Assembly (NCBI GenBank): GCA_947628135.1
Contig: CANQYT010000001.1
Span: 65,285-129,284 of the forward strand
Direction: 5' to 3'
DNA: 64,000 nucleotides
DNA from: an uncultured Clostridia bacterium
Lineage (GTDB): Bacteria; Bacillota; Clostridia; Christensenellales; CAG-314
A program made the translations under genes and the position numbers. Below the pieces are notes generated by a model. It was not told where the DNA came from and did not search any database. It saw only the letters and a list, made by a program, of their open reading frames with translations. Below are positions 25,326 through 35,052 of this stretch, piece by piece (the first letter of the stretch is position 1; every line of letters starts with the position of its first letter).

Positions 25326-26660
25326 TCAATCGTCGTTTTCCGGTTTGTCCGAAGCGGTCGCGGCAGGCGCTTCTTCGGCGGGCGCGGTTTCGGCGGGCGT
25401 TTCCGCTTGCGCGGCGGGCGCGATGAAGCCGCTCTTCACGTACGTGATTTTGATAAGTCCTTCGTCGATAAGCGTTTTTGTCGATTTGCGTCTGATTTTG
25501 TAGTTGACGTTCTGTTCTGCGCCTTTTTCCGCTCCGACTTCTTGCATCAAGATGTCTATTACCTGTTTCGCGTACAACAGAGTACGTTTACCGGACACCT
25601 TTATCAAAGCGGGCGTGCTTGCAAAGCGTTTCTTTGCAGAAACGTCTTTCGCGCGGAATTTCGCTTCCAGTCTGTCGGCGCTGAGCGCGACGTACAGGTA
25701 AAGTTTCTTGCCGCGAAGTATCACGATGGCGCACTTTGTTCTGCCCTTGTAGAAGGTGTCGCACTTCCAACTCACGCGCGAACGTATCTTCTTGTACGAA
25801 AGCAACGTGTTCTTCACTTCGGAGTAGACTGCTTTAAGCGCGTCCTCCGATTGCGACAGCCTTGCGGTGAAACTCATATTCAGCACCGCGCGCGTTCCCT
25901 GTTCTTCGGGAATGGTAAATTCCGTCTCTTGTTCGTCCTGTTCTTCTGTCGGCGTATCGGACGTTTCTTCCGTTGCCGTTTCGTCGGGTTGTTCGGCGGA
26001 GTCTGCCGCGGCGGTCTCTTCGTCCGTGGGTTCGGAGTGATCGTCATCTTTTTTGCGCAGAAGCAACAACAGTATTATCACTATGTTGAGTACTATCACA
26101 AGCGAAAGCAGCACCCATATCCACCAAGCGTCAATTTCTTCCGAGGAGCGCGTAACCACAACGAAGTCGGACTTTTCGGAGAAGTCCGTGGTGGTAAACG
26201 CGATAGTTCCGTTTTCTGCGGTCACGTTGTCCAGCAACGTGCGTTGGTGGTGGATGTGGAACACCAACAGATTGCCTGTCGTCAGATCGCCGAGCAATTC
26301 GCTGTTGCTTATCTCCACGCGGAATTGACCGCTTACCGATTCCACCCCGGTAAACTCGATTGTCCAGGCGGCGAAAATGTTGTCAGCGGTTTCGCCGTTA
26401 ATTGTCAACGGTTCGGAGAAATATTTGATGCCGTAAGTGGCTTTGCTTACGCTGAGTTGCGCGGTTGCGGGTATTGCGCCCGTTTCGTCCGTAATGGTGA
26501 TGGTAGTTCCGTCTACCGTCGCCGTCCATTGTTTGCCTATTTCTCCGTCGGGAGAGGCGGGCGTGCCTTCGGCGAAGGCTGCAACGGTAAACGTAATGCT
26601 CAACGCAAGTACGATTATCGCAACCGTGACCGCAGCAAATTTTCCGTAGATCTTTTTCAT
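25326..26660 (-). CDS. Membrane-anchored hypothetical protein (signal peptide, extracellular domain, one TM, acidic linker, basic C-terminal domain)
   Basis: The start was chosen at MKKIYGKFAAVTVAIIVLAL (AAGGAG RBS). TM segment WWIWVLLSLVIVLNIVIILLLLL. D/E/T-rich linker. Confidence 0.6.
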   Translation of the reverse strand: MKKIYGKFAAVTVAIIVLALSITFTVAAFAEGTPASPDGEIGKQWTATVDGTTITITDETGAIPATAQLSVSKATYGIKYFSEPLTINGETADNIFAAWTIEFTGVESVSGQFRVEISNSELLGDLTTGNLLVFHIHHQRTLLDNVTAENGTIAFTTTDFSEKSDFVVVTRSSEEIDAWWIWVLLSLVIVLNIVIILLLLLRKKDDDHSEPTDEETAAADSAEQPDETATEETSDTPTEEQDEQETEFTIPEEQGTRAVLNMSFTARLSQSEDALKAVYSEVKNTLLSYKKIRSRVSWKCDTFYKGRTKCAIVILRGKKLYLYVALSADRLEAKFRAKDVSAKKRFASTPALIKVSGKRTLLYAKQVIDILMQEVGAEKGAEQNVNYKIRRKSTKTLIDEGLIKITYVKSGFIAPAAQAETPAETAPAEEAPAATASDKPENDD

Positions 26661-26952
26661 AGGGATACTCCTTTGATTTTTTTGCATTTGAGGCGCGTAT
26701 ATGTACGGGCATATACGTACTTTTACAAATAATATTTTATTCTCTGTTATGTCCTTTGTCAATAGGTAAACGGAAAAAACGGCGCAAAATTATGTTTTCG
26801 CAGACTTTTTGCGGTGCGCCCCGCAAAAACAACCGCGCCGCCGTTACAATTTTGTGAGAAAAGTGCTTGTCTAATTCGACGAAATATTGTAAAATAGATA
26901 CGTATGGGCAATTTGCTCACAACCTGTAAATTATTTTTGGAGGAATAACAAA

Positions 26953-29598
26953 GTGGCAAAGAAATTTATTTATTTGTTCAGCGAAGGCAACGCCAATATG
27001 CGCGAGATCCTCGGCGGCAAGGGCGCGAATCTTGCGGAAATGACCAACATCGGTCTCCCCGTTCCGCAGGGCTTCACCATCTCTACGGAGGCTTGCACGC
27101 AGTACTACGAGGACGGCAAGCACATCAACGACGGCATAAAGAAGGATATTCTCACCTACATCGCCAAGTTGGAAAAAATCACCGGCAAAAAGTTCGGCGA
27201 TCTCAAAAACCCGTTGCTTGTTTCCGTGCGTTCCGGCGCTCGCGCCTCTATGCCCGGAATGATGGACACGATTCTCAACCTCGGTCTGAACGACGAAGTG
27301 GTGGAAGTGCTCGCAAAGCAAAGCGGCAACCCCCGTTGGGCGTGGGACTGTTACAGACGTTTCATACAGATGTTCAGCGACGTCGTAATGGAGGTCGGCA
27401 AAAAGTACTTCGAAGAACTTATCGACCAAATGAAGGCAAAGCGTCACATCACGTACGACGTTGAAATGACCGCCGACGACCTCAAAGAACTTGCGGGACA
27501 ATTCAAGGCGGAGTATCAAGCCAAGATAGGCAAGCCTTTCCCCCAAGACGCCAAGGAACAGTTGTTCGCCGCGGTGGAAGCGGTGTTCCGCAGCTGGGAC
27601 AACCCCCGCGCAAACGTGTACCGTATGGACCACGACATTCCGTACAGTTGGGGCACAGCCGTCAACGTACAGATGATGGCGTTCGGCAATATGGGCGACG
27701 ATTGCGGCACGGGCGTTGCGTTTACGCGTAACCCCGCCACGGGCGAAAAGGGTCTTATGGGCGAATTTTTGATGAACGCGCAAGGCGAAGACGTCGTTGC
27801 GGGCGTTCGCACCCCGATGCCCATCAGCCAAATGGCGGAAGTGCTGCCCGACGTTTACAAGCAATTCCTCGAAGTGTGCGACACTCTCGAACATCACTAC
27901 AAAGATATGCAGGATATGGAGTTTACCATCGAACGCGGCAAACTTTATATGCTTCAAACGCGCAACGGCAAGCGTACCGCCGCCGCCGCGATAAAGATCG
28001 CTTGCGACCTCATCGACGAGGGTATGATCACCGAAAAAGAAGCGCTTATGCAGATAGACGCCAAGTCTCTGGATATGCTTCTTCACCCCACGTTTGACGC
28101 CAAAGCGCTTGCCGAAGCGGACAAGAACAACGTTGTCGGCAAAGGTATTGCGGCAAGCCCCGGAGCGGCGGCAGGAACGGTGGTGTTTACCCCCGAAGAC
28201 GCCGTTATCCTCGGCAAGCAAAAGAAAAAGGTCATTTTGGTACGCTTGGAAACCAGCCCCGAAGACATCGAAGGTATGAAGTACGCGCAAGGTATCCTCA
28301 CCGTTCGCGGCGGACAAACTTCTCACGCCGCCGTTGTAGCGCGCGGAATGGGTACTTGCTGCGTTTCCGGTTGCGGCGACATCAAGATGGACGAAGCCAA
28401 CAAACAATTCGAATTGGGCGGAAAACTGTTCCGCGAAGGCGACCCCATCAGTTTGGACGGCTCTACGGGTAAAATCTACGACGTGATGATAAAGACCGTT
28501 CCCGCAGACCCCAACGGCGGCTATTTCGGACGCATAATGAAACTTGCCGACAAATACAAGGCTTTGGAAGTACGTACCAACGCCGACACTCCCGCCGACG
28601 CACAGCGCGCGTTTGAGTTGGGCGCGCAAGGTATCGGACTATGCCGTACCGAGCATATGTTCTTCGGCGAGGGACGTATAGACAAATTCCGCGAGATGAT
28701 TTGCAGCGAGACCGTCGAAGAGCGCGAAAAGGCGCTTGCCAAGATAGAGCCGTTGCAACAGTCTGACTTCGAAGGACTTATGGAAGCGCTTCGCGGTCAG
28801 CCCGTCATCATTCGTTTCCTCGACCCGCCCCTTCACGAATTTGTTCCCACCGAGGAAAAGGACATAGAGGAACTTGCAAAGGCGCAGCACAAGACCGTTG
28901 CGCAAATCAAGCAAATTTGCAACGCTCTGCACGAGTTTAACCCGATGATGGGACATCGCGGCTGCCGTCTTGCGGTAACCTATCCCGAAATCGCCGTTAT
29001 GCAGACCCGTGCGGTCATCAAGGCGGCGTTGAACGTTCAGAAGCGTCACCCCGATTGGCACGTCGTTCCCGAGATTATGATCCCGCTTGTAGGCGAAGTA
29101 AAAGAGTTGGCATACGTCAAAAAGACGGTGGTAGCCACTGCCGACAGCGTCATCAAGGAAAGCGGTGCAAAACTTACCTATCAGGTAGGCACGATGATCG
29201 AGATCCCGCGCGCTGCGCTTACCGCCGATGAAATTGCCAAGGAAGCGGAATTCTTCTCCTTCGGTACAAACGACCTCACGCAGATGACATTCGGTTTCAG
29301 CCGCGACGACGCAAGCAAATTCCTGCCCAGTTACTACGCCAGCAAGATTTACGAATCCGACCCGTTTGCCCGTTTGGACACGGTAGGCGTAGGCAAACTT
29401 ATGAAGATGGCGGTGGAACTCGGTCGCAGCACCCGTCCCGAACTGCAATGCGGTATATGCGGCGAACACGGCGGCGACCCCGCGAGCATCGAATTTGCCC
29501 ATAGCATCAACCTCACTTACGTTTCCTGCTCGCCCTACCGCGTACCCATCGCGCGTTTGGCGGCCGCGCAAGCGAACATCAAAAACCCCCGCAAATAA
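26953..29598 (+). CDS. ppdK: Pyruvate, phosphate dikinase
   Basis: 881 aa, GTG start after GGAGG. LGGKGANLAEMTNIGLPVPQGFTI, the catalytic-His region GGQTSHAAVVARGMG, and GLCRTEHMFF. Confidence 0.92.
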   Translation: MAKKFIYLFSEGNANMREILGGKGANLAEMTNIGLPVPQGFTISTEACTQYYEDGKHINDGIKKDILTYIAKLEKITGKKFGDLKNPLLVSVRSGARASMPGMMDTILNLGLNDEVVEVLAKQSGNPRWAWDCYRRFIQMFSDVVMEVGKKYFEELIDQMKAKRHITYDVEMTADDLKELAGQFKAEYQAKIGKPFPQDAKEQLFAAVEAVFRSWDNPRANVYRMDHDIPYSWGTAVNVQMMAFGNMGDDCGTGVAFTRNPATGEKGLMGEFLMNAQGEDVVAGVRTPMPISQMAEVLPDVYKQFLEVCDTLEHHYKDMQDMEFTIERGKLYMLQTRNGKRTAAAAIKIACDLIDEGMITEKEALMQIDAKSLDMLLHPTFDAKALAEADKNNVVGKGIAASPGAAAGTVVFTPEDAVILGKQKKKVILVRLETSPEDIEGMKYAQGILTVRGGQTSHAAVVARGMGTCCVSGCGDIKMDEANKQFELGGKLFREGDPISLDGSTGKIYDVMIKTVPADPNGGYFGRIMKLADKYKALEVRTNADTPADAQRAFELGAQGIGLCRTEHMFFGEGRIDKFREMICSETVEEREKALAKIEPLQQSDFEGLMEALRGQPVIIRFLDPPLHEFVPTEEKDIEELAKAQHKTVAQIKQICNALHEFNPMMGHRGCRLAVTYPEIAVMQTRAVIKAALNVQKRHPDWHVVPEIMIPLVGEVKELAYVKKTVVATADSVIKESGAKLTYQVGTMIEIPRAALTADEIAKEAEFFSFGTNDLTQMTFGFSRDDASKFLPSYYASKIYESDPFARLDTVGVGKLMKMAVELGRSTRPELQCGICGEHGGDPASIEFAHSINLTYVSCSPYRVPIARLAAAQANIKNPRK

Positions 29599-29618
29599 GG
29601 CAAATTCGCCAAATGGGG
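29563..29618 (+). repeat. 56-bp direct repeat, left copy (last 11 codons + stop of ppdK + 20 nt)
   Basis: 54/56 identical to 32437-32492. Confidence 0.9.
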
Positions 29619-29644
29619 TAACGAAAGTAAATATCAATAATTAA

Positions 29645-29671
29645 GGACCTGCTCCTTTATGGGGCAGGTCC
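29645..29671 (+). terminator. Strong hairpin at the left edge of the cassette (no U-tract)
   Basis: GGACCTGC..GCAGGTCC. Confidence 0.35.
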
Positions 29672-29704
29672 GATATTAAATCTATATAAGAATTAAACTT
29701 AACT

Positions 29705-32413
29705 ATGGATACAAACGAACTTATCATTGTTAAAGGACAAGATAAAACATTCTCGATAAAAAAGTGGAATTATAACGAATATAAAAATGTTATTTTTATC
29801 ACATACGCCAACGGTAAAAGTTATCCGTATAGTTTACTTGATGTAGACTTTTACCAAAATCCTCAAAACATGGGGGTTTCCGATAAAAGAGTCTATTGTT
29901 TGGAACAAATAAAATCAGATGTGGAAACCGTGCAATTATTTGGACCGTTTTCCAGATTGATTTTCAAAAACGGTCATACCGAAACATATTGTTCAAAAGA
30001 CATCAAAATAGTAAATTCGGCATTAAATGATAAAAAATCCAATTGTTGTTTTCAATACTTAAAGGAGATTGCCAATGCGATAGGACTTCGCAATGAAAAC
30101 AATAGAAATATTCTTGCCGCACATTACGATAAAATTGACTTTGTTAGTGAAGAAAGCGTTTTGGCGACATTTCTAAGCGGAAAACAAACAGAAAAAGTAG
30201 TAAGTGCAACAAAAAAGATCAACATAATATATCCTTTTGGGTTTAATCTAAGTCAACAGCAAGCAGTTGAAAACGCCATGAAGTCGGAAATAAGCGTAAT
30301 AGAGGGACCTCCCGGTACGGGAAAAACGCAGACTATTCTCAACATTATCGCAAATGCAGTCATTCGTGGTGAAACAGTCGCGGTTGTATCAAGCAACAAT
30401 TCGGCAACCGATAATGTTTATGATAAGTTAAAAAAATACGGCGTGGAGTTTATTGCCGCCAAACTCGGCAATGTAGAAAATCAAGTAAAATTTACGGAAG
30501 AGCAAATAACTCAATATCCGCAAATTGCTCAATGGTCGGACAAACCCGACATTTCCTTAATTACAAAAAATTTTATCGAGCTTCACGATGAACTTCAATT
30601 GAAAAACAATTTATCAGTTTTATTATCAAAAGAAGATACATTGAAAAAAGAAAAATTGCATTTTGATGATTACTGTAAAACACTCAATTTAGAGCCACCC
30701 ATGCCATTATTTTCCGAAAAAATTTCTATAAATAAAATATTGAATTTTTCCGAAGAATATGAATATTTAGTTAGTCGAAAAAGAAAAATAGGTTTTTTCA
30801 AAAAAATGGCACTGCGTTATTCATATAAATTGAAAAACGCCGATTTTTTCGGCAAGGACATCAAAGAAATTTCGGCATACTGTCAAAGTATTTTTTACGA
30901 AAGAAAGTTGAAAGAAATTGCCACACAATGTTTGAAAGTCGAACAAGAGTTGAAAGATTTTGATTTTGACAAAAAAATGGAAATATATGTTGATTTGGCA
31001 ATGAAATCTTTAAAAAATCACTTATATAACAAATTTCAAAACTACAATCGCAGGAAATACACCGTAAAGGACTTGAAAATTTACGGTGAGCAATTTATAA
31101 GAGATTACCCCGTAGTATTAAGTACAACATACTCCATCAGTTCGAGTCTCTCATCTAATATTTGTTATGATTATCTTATTGTCGATGAAGCATCTCAGGT
31201 GGATTTGGTGACAGGTGCGCTTGCTTTGTCGTGTGCAAAAAAAGTTGTGATTGTGGGTGATTTGAAACAACTTCCCAATGTGGTAAACGACAAACAAAAA
31301 CAGCTTGCCGACGAAATATACACCAAGTACAATTTGCCCAAAGCATACCGATATTGTGATCATAGTTTACTTTTGTCAACAATAGAATTATTCCCCGACG
31401 CACCCAAAACAATGTTGCGGGAACATTATCGCTGTCAACCTGAGATTATAGAGTTTTGCAACCAAATGTTTTACAACAACGAACTTGTTGTAATGACGAA
31501 TAGAAATACAGAAAAACAACCGATGATAGTGTACAGAACCGCCGCAGGTAATATGGCAAGGGGACATTACAATCAACGGCAGATAGATGTAATAAAAAAC
31601 GAGGTTATACCGCAACAGCATTTGAACACATCGGATTCTTCCGTTGGAATAATTACACCTTATCGTGTACAAGCTGATTGTTTACAAAAAGAGTTTGATG
31701 GTACCGCAATCAAAGCGGATACCGTTGATAAATTTCAAGGTCAAGAACGTAGCGTCATAATTTTATCCACAGTTGACAATGAAATCGGAGAATTCGTTTC
31801 TAATCCCAACCGATTGAATGTGGCAGTCTCACGTGCAGTTGATAGGTTTATTGTCGTTACGGACGGAAATGATAACGACAAAGTATCTCCCGTTCACGAA
31901 CTAATTGAATACATACATTATCACAATCACGACATAGTAGATAGTAAAATAAATTCCGTGTTTGATTATTTGTACGAAATCAATGTCAAATCAAGAGAAG
32001 AAATTTTGAAGAAATATGGAAAGTCGAGCGAATTTGACAGCGAAAATTTGGTTTTTGGTATTATAAAAGATATTTTAACAGAGAACCGTTTTTCGCGCTT
32101 TAATGTAGCTATGCATGTTCCATTTAGATTGTTGCTTGGTGAACTGAAAAATTTAACTCAGAGGGAAATCGAATTTGCGACCAATGATTGGACACATGTT
32201 GATTTTTTGATATTTTCCAAATTGTCACACCTGCCCAATCTTGTGATAGAAGTGGATGGTTTTACTTTTCACAATAACGAAAAGCAAAAAGAGCGCGATA
32301 GACTAAAAGATACCATACTAACCAAATACGGCATCCCGATTTTAAGATTAAACACGGTGGGTAGCAATGAACGAGATCGAATACGCGAAAAACTTTTGGA
32401 ACTTATACAGTAA
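29705..32413 (+). CDS. SF1 (Upf1/DNA2-like, AAA_11/AAA_12) helicase with an unrecognised N-terminal domain and a C-terminal PD-(D/E)xK (DUF2726/Vsr-like) nuclease-like domain
   Basis: - Helicase core: GPPGTGKTQT; LIVDEASQVDL; VIVGDLKQLP; REHYRCQPEII; ITPYRVQ; VDKFQGQERSVII; NRLNVAVSRA.
- C-terminal nuclease-like domain: THVDFLIF...LVIEVDGFTFH...QKERDRLKD..L...GIPILRL. Confidence 0.75.
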   Translation: MDTNELIIVKGQDKTFSIKKWNYNEYKNVIFITYANGKSYPYSLLDVDFYQNPQNMGVSDKRVYCLEQIKSDVETVQLFGPFSRLIFKNGHTETYCSKDIKIVNSALNDKKSNCCFQYLKEIANAIGLRNENNRNILAAHYDKIDFVSEESVLATFLSGKQTEKVVSATKKINIIYPFGFNLSQQQAVENAMKSEISVIEGPPGTGKTQTILNIIANAVIRGETVAVVSSNNSATDNVYDKLKKYGVEFIAAKLGNVENQVKFTEEQITQYPQIAQWSDKPDISLITKNFIELHDELQLKNNLSVLLSKEDTLKKEKLHFDDYCKTLNLEPPMPLFSEKISINKILNFSEEYEYLVSRKRKIGFFKKMALRYSYKLKNADFFGKDIKEISAYCQSIFYERKLKEIATQCLKVEQELKDFDFDKKMEIYVDLAMKSLKNHLYNKFQNYNRRKYTVKDLKIYGEQFIRDYPVVLSTTYSISSSLSSNICYDYLIVDEASQVDLVTGALALSCAKKVVIVGDLKQLPNVVNDKQKQLADEIYTKYNLPKAYRYCDHSLLLSTIELFPDAPKTMLREHYRCQPEIIEFCNQMFYNNELVVMTNRNTEKQPMIVYRTAAGNMARGHYNQRQIDVIKNEVIPQQHLNTSDSSVGIITPYRVQADCLQKEFDGTAIKADTVDKFQGQERSVIILSTVDNEIGEFVSNPNRLNVAVSRAVDRFIVVTDGNDNDKVSPVHELIEYIHYHNHDIVDSKINSVFDYLYEINVKSREEILKKYGKSSEFDSENLVFGIIKDILTENRFSRFNVAMHVPFRLLLGELKNLTQREIEFATNDWTHVDFLIFSKLSHLPNLVIEVDGFTFHNNEKQKERDRLKDTILTKYGIPILRLNTVGSNERDRIREKLLELIQ

Positions 32414-32436
32414 TAGCCTCGGCTGTAAGTAGTACA

Positions 32437-32492
32437 GCCGCGCAAGCGAATATCAAAAACCCCCGCAAGTAAGGCAAATTCGCCAAATGGGG
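32437..32492 (+). repeat. 56-bp direct repeat, right copy
   Basis: It still reads AAQANIKNPRK-stop, with AAC>AAT and AAA>AAG. Confidence 0.9.
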
Positions 32493-32541
32493 CAGAAAAT
32501 ATCGGTGTCGAAATAGCAACTCTTTGATATTCTACAACAGC

Positions 32542-32580
32542 AAAAAGGGCTTATCCCGCATAGGAATAGGCTCTTTTTTT
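32542..32580 (+). terminator. Rho-independent terminator (probable original ppdK terminator)
   Basis: GGGCTTAT/ATAGGCTC stem (G-U pairs) flanked by A5 and T7. Confidence 0.55.
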
Positions 32581-32900
32581 GCGCTGCAAGTTCGTGTTTT
32601 ATTCCGCGGCGTAACTTGACGTTGTGAAATTGCCGTGCGGCAAAGAATTTCGATGTAAAAACAGGTCCTCCGAAAATTCGGAGGACTTGAATTTTGTCCG
32701 CGCCGCGCCGTTGTTTGCGCTCAATCCCAATTCGGTATGTTTACCGTTGCGCTCATCGCATAGCGGTCGAATAGATAAGAAACAAATTCGCTTATCGCTT
32801 CCGCAGCGGCTTCATTTATGGGTCTGCCGTGCAACGTATTTGATGCCGCCCAATGAAAAGCGCAAATTTTATTTTTGCGCGGGTGTGCGATAAATGACCG

Positions 32901-32929
32901 TTGCCAAAGTTCGGCAAATGGTGTATAAT
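32901..32929 (+). promoter_or_regulatory. Sigma-A-type promoter of the GH31 gene
   Basis: TTGCCA, a 17-nt spacer, then TATAAT (TG adjacent). Confidence 0.6.
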
Positions 32930-32971
32930 TTTGTAGAATATAAGTCCGCTTAGCGCGGCAAGGGAGTAATT

Positions 32972-34900
32972 ATGGCAAAAGAGGTAATTTTCGGTAAACC
33001 TTTTGAAACGGAAGCGATAGTAGGCAAGGTGGAGCGAGCGGACAGTTTGGAAAATTGGCAGGTTACGCAGCGGCAAGACAAACTTGTTTTTCGATGCGCG
33101 TTGAATCCCAACGACATTGTTTACGGGCTGGGCGAGCAGGTAAAAGGTATAAACAAGCGCGGCGGCAGATACGTCAGTTACAACACGGACAACCCGCACC
33201 AAACGGACGAATCGCTGTCGCTGTACGGCTCGCACAATGTTCTGATAATCGACGGCGACAAATGTTTCGGCGCGTTTTTCGACACCCCAAGTAAAGTTTT
33301 GTTCGAAATAGACGTTGACAACAGCGGCGAGATCGTCGTCACCTGCGAACCGAACGTCAAGGTGGTGGAATTGCAGGGCGAAAGCGCCTACGCAATTGCA
33401 AGGGAATTTTTGTCGCTGATAGGCACAAGTTACATTCCGCCGCTGTGGGCGTTCGGTTTCGGGCAGAGCCGTTGGGGCTACAAAACTCAAAAGGACTTCG
33501 ACTCCGTAGTTGACGGCTACCGCAACGCAGGTATTCCGCTGGATTGGGTGTGTATGGACATCGACTATATGGATAGATACATCGACTTTACGGTCAACAC
33601 CAAACGCTTTCCCGATCTTGCTGCCTACGTCGGCTCGCTCAAAGCCGGAGGTATTCGCCTCGTTCCGATAATAGACGCAGGCGTAAAGGTAGAACCGCAC
33701 AACGACACCTACGAAACGGGCGTTGCAAACGGCTACTTTTGCACCAATCACGAGGGCAAACCGTTCAAGGCGGGGGTGTGGCCCGGAATGACGCACTTTC
33801 CCGATTTCTTTCAGCCCGCCGCCCGCGAGTGGTTCGGCGACGAGTACCGCAAACTGACAGATATGGGCATTGAGGGCTTTTGGAACGATATGAACGAACC
33901 CGCCATTTTTTACAGCGAGTATACCATTCTCAACGGGTTGACCCCTCCGCCCGCGTCGGAAGGCGTCAAAGAACCCAACGCTTACAAGGATTACCGCAAT
34001 TTTTACCACAACGTAAACGGCGAACGGGTACTGCACGACAAAGTACACAATCTTTACGGCGCGCTTATGACCCGTGCCGCGAGCGAACGGCTGAACAAAA
34101 TACTTCCCGTCAGATTTTTGCTGTTTTCCCGCGCGTCTTACGTGGGCGCTCATCGCTACGGCGGAATATGGACGGGCGACAACAGTTCCGATTGGGATCA
34201 CCTCGTGCGCAACGTCAAGATGATGCCGTCGTTGAATATGGCGGGATTTTTGTACAGCGGTGCGGATACGGGCGGTTTCGGCGGAAATTGCAGCAGGGAA
34301 CTGATGCTTCGGTGGCTTGCGTTTTCGGCGTTTACGCCGTTGATGCGCAACCACTCCGCAATACTCACTAAAAAACAGGAGTGCTACCGATACAGCGGCA
34401 AGGAAGATTTCCAAAGCGTCGTTTCCCTGCGGTACAGATTGCTGCCCTACATATATTCGGAATTTGTAAAAGCGGCGCTTTCGTCGGATATGTACATCAA
34501 ACCGTTAGGTTTCGAGTACGACGACGCCTATTCCCGCCGCACGGAGGATCAATTGTTGGTGGGCGAAAGCATTATGATCGCGCCCGTGTTGGAAAAGGAC
34601 GCAAAGGGCAGAAAAGTGTGGCTGCCCGAAGATATGACGGAGGTGCGCTACGACGGAAGCGGTTTCCTTTGCGAACAGGTATCCAAAGGAATGCGCGAAG
34701 TGAAAGTGCCGCTCGGCGAAGTGGTGTTTTACATCAGGCGGGGAAAGTGCGTGCCCGTCACTAAGAGCGCGCAGTGTACCGCCGAAACGGATCTGCGCGA
34801 CGTCGTTCTGCTCGGCGACGGAAAGGAGTACCGTCAGTATGCGGACGACGGTTTCACAAAGGACGTAACGGCGGAAAACATCGTGACCGTAAAAAAATAA
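32972..34900 (+). CDS. Glycoside hydrolase family 31 alpha-glucosidase/alpha-xylosidase
   Basis: WGYKTQKDFDSVVDGYRNAGIPLDWVCMDIDYMD, GFWNDMNEPAIF and WTGDNSSDW motifs. Confidence 0.8.
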   Translation: MAKEVIFGKPFETEAIVGKVERADSLENWQVTQRQDKLVFRCALNPNDIVYGLGEQVKGINKRGGRYVSYNTDNPHQTDESLSLYGSHNVLIIDGDKCFGAFFDTPSKVLFEIDVDNSGEIVVTCEPNVKVVELQGESAYAIAREFLSLIGTSYIPPLWAFGFGQSRWGYKTQKDFDSVVDGYRNAGIPLDWVCMDIDYMDRYIDFTVNTKRFPDLAAYVGSLKAGGIRLVPIIDAGVKVEPHNDTYETGVANGYFCTNHEGKPFKAGVWPGMTHFPDFFQPAAREWFGDEYRKLTDMGIEGFWNDMNEPAIFYSEYTILNGLTPPPASEGVKEPNAYKDYRNFYHNVNGERVLHDKVHNLYGALMTRAASERLNKILPVRFLLFSRASYVGAHRYGGIWTGDNSSDWDHLVRNVKMMPSLNMAGFLYSGADTGGFGGNCSRELMLRWLAFSAFTPLMRNHSAILTKKQECYRYSGKEDFQSVVSLRYRLLPYIYSEFVKAALSSDMYIKPLGFEYDDAYSRRTEDQLLVGESIMIAPVLEKDAKGRKVWLPEDMTEVRYDGSGFLCEQVSKGMREVKVPLGEVVFYIRRGKCVPVTKSAQCTAETDLRDVVLLGDGKEYRQYADDGFTKDVTAENIVTVKK

Positions 34901-35007
34901 TTTGTAAAATCGTGACCCCAAGTTGCTTTTTGGACAAAAAAACAAACGCCGCGGCGCAAAACTGCGGTGTTTTTTCGTCGCTCAACGGGCGGCGCGGTAT
35001 TCTCCGT

Positions 35008-35044
35008 AAAAAAAAGTTCCTCACCGAGGAGGAACGTTTATTTG
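35008..35044. terminator. Bidirectional terminator between the convergent GH31 and EamA genes
   Basis: A8-GTTCCTC-loop-GAGGAAC followed by a T-rich stretch. Confidence 0.6.
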
Positions 35045-35052
35045 TGTAAAGT

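Larger units (their letters stand above)
29619..32436. mobile_element. AT-rich single-gene cassette inserted at the ppdK 3' end
   Basis: It is bounded by the 56-bp repeats and shows a composition shift. The apparent native ppdK terminator is displaced to 32542-32580. Confidence 0.6.
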
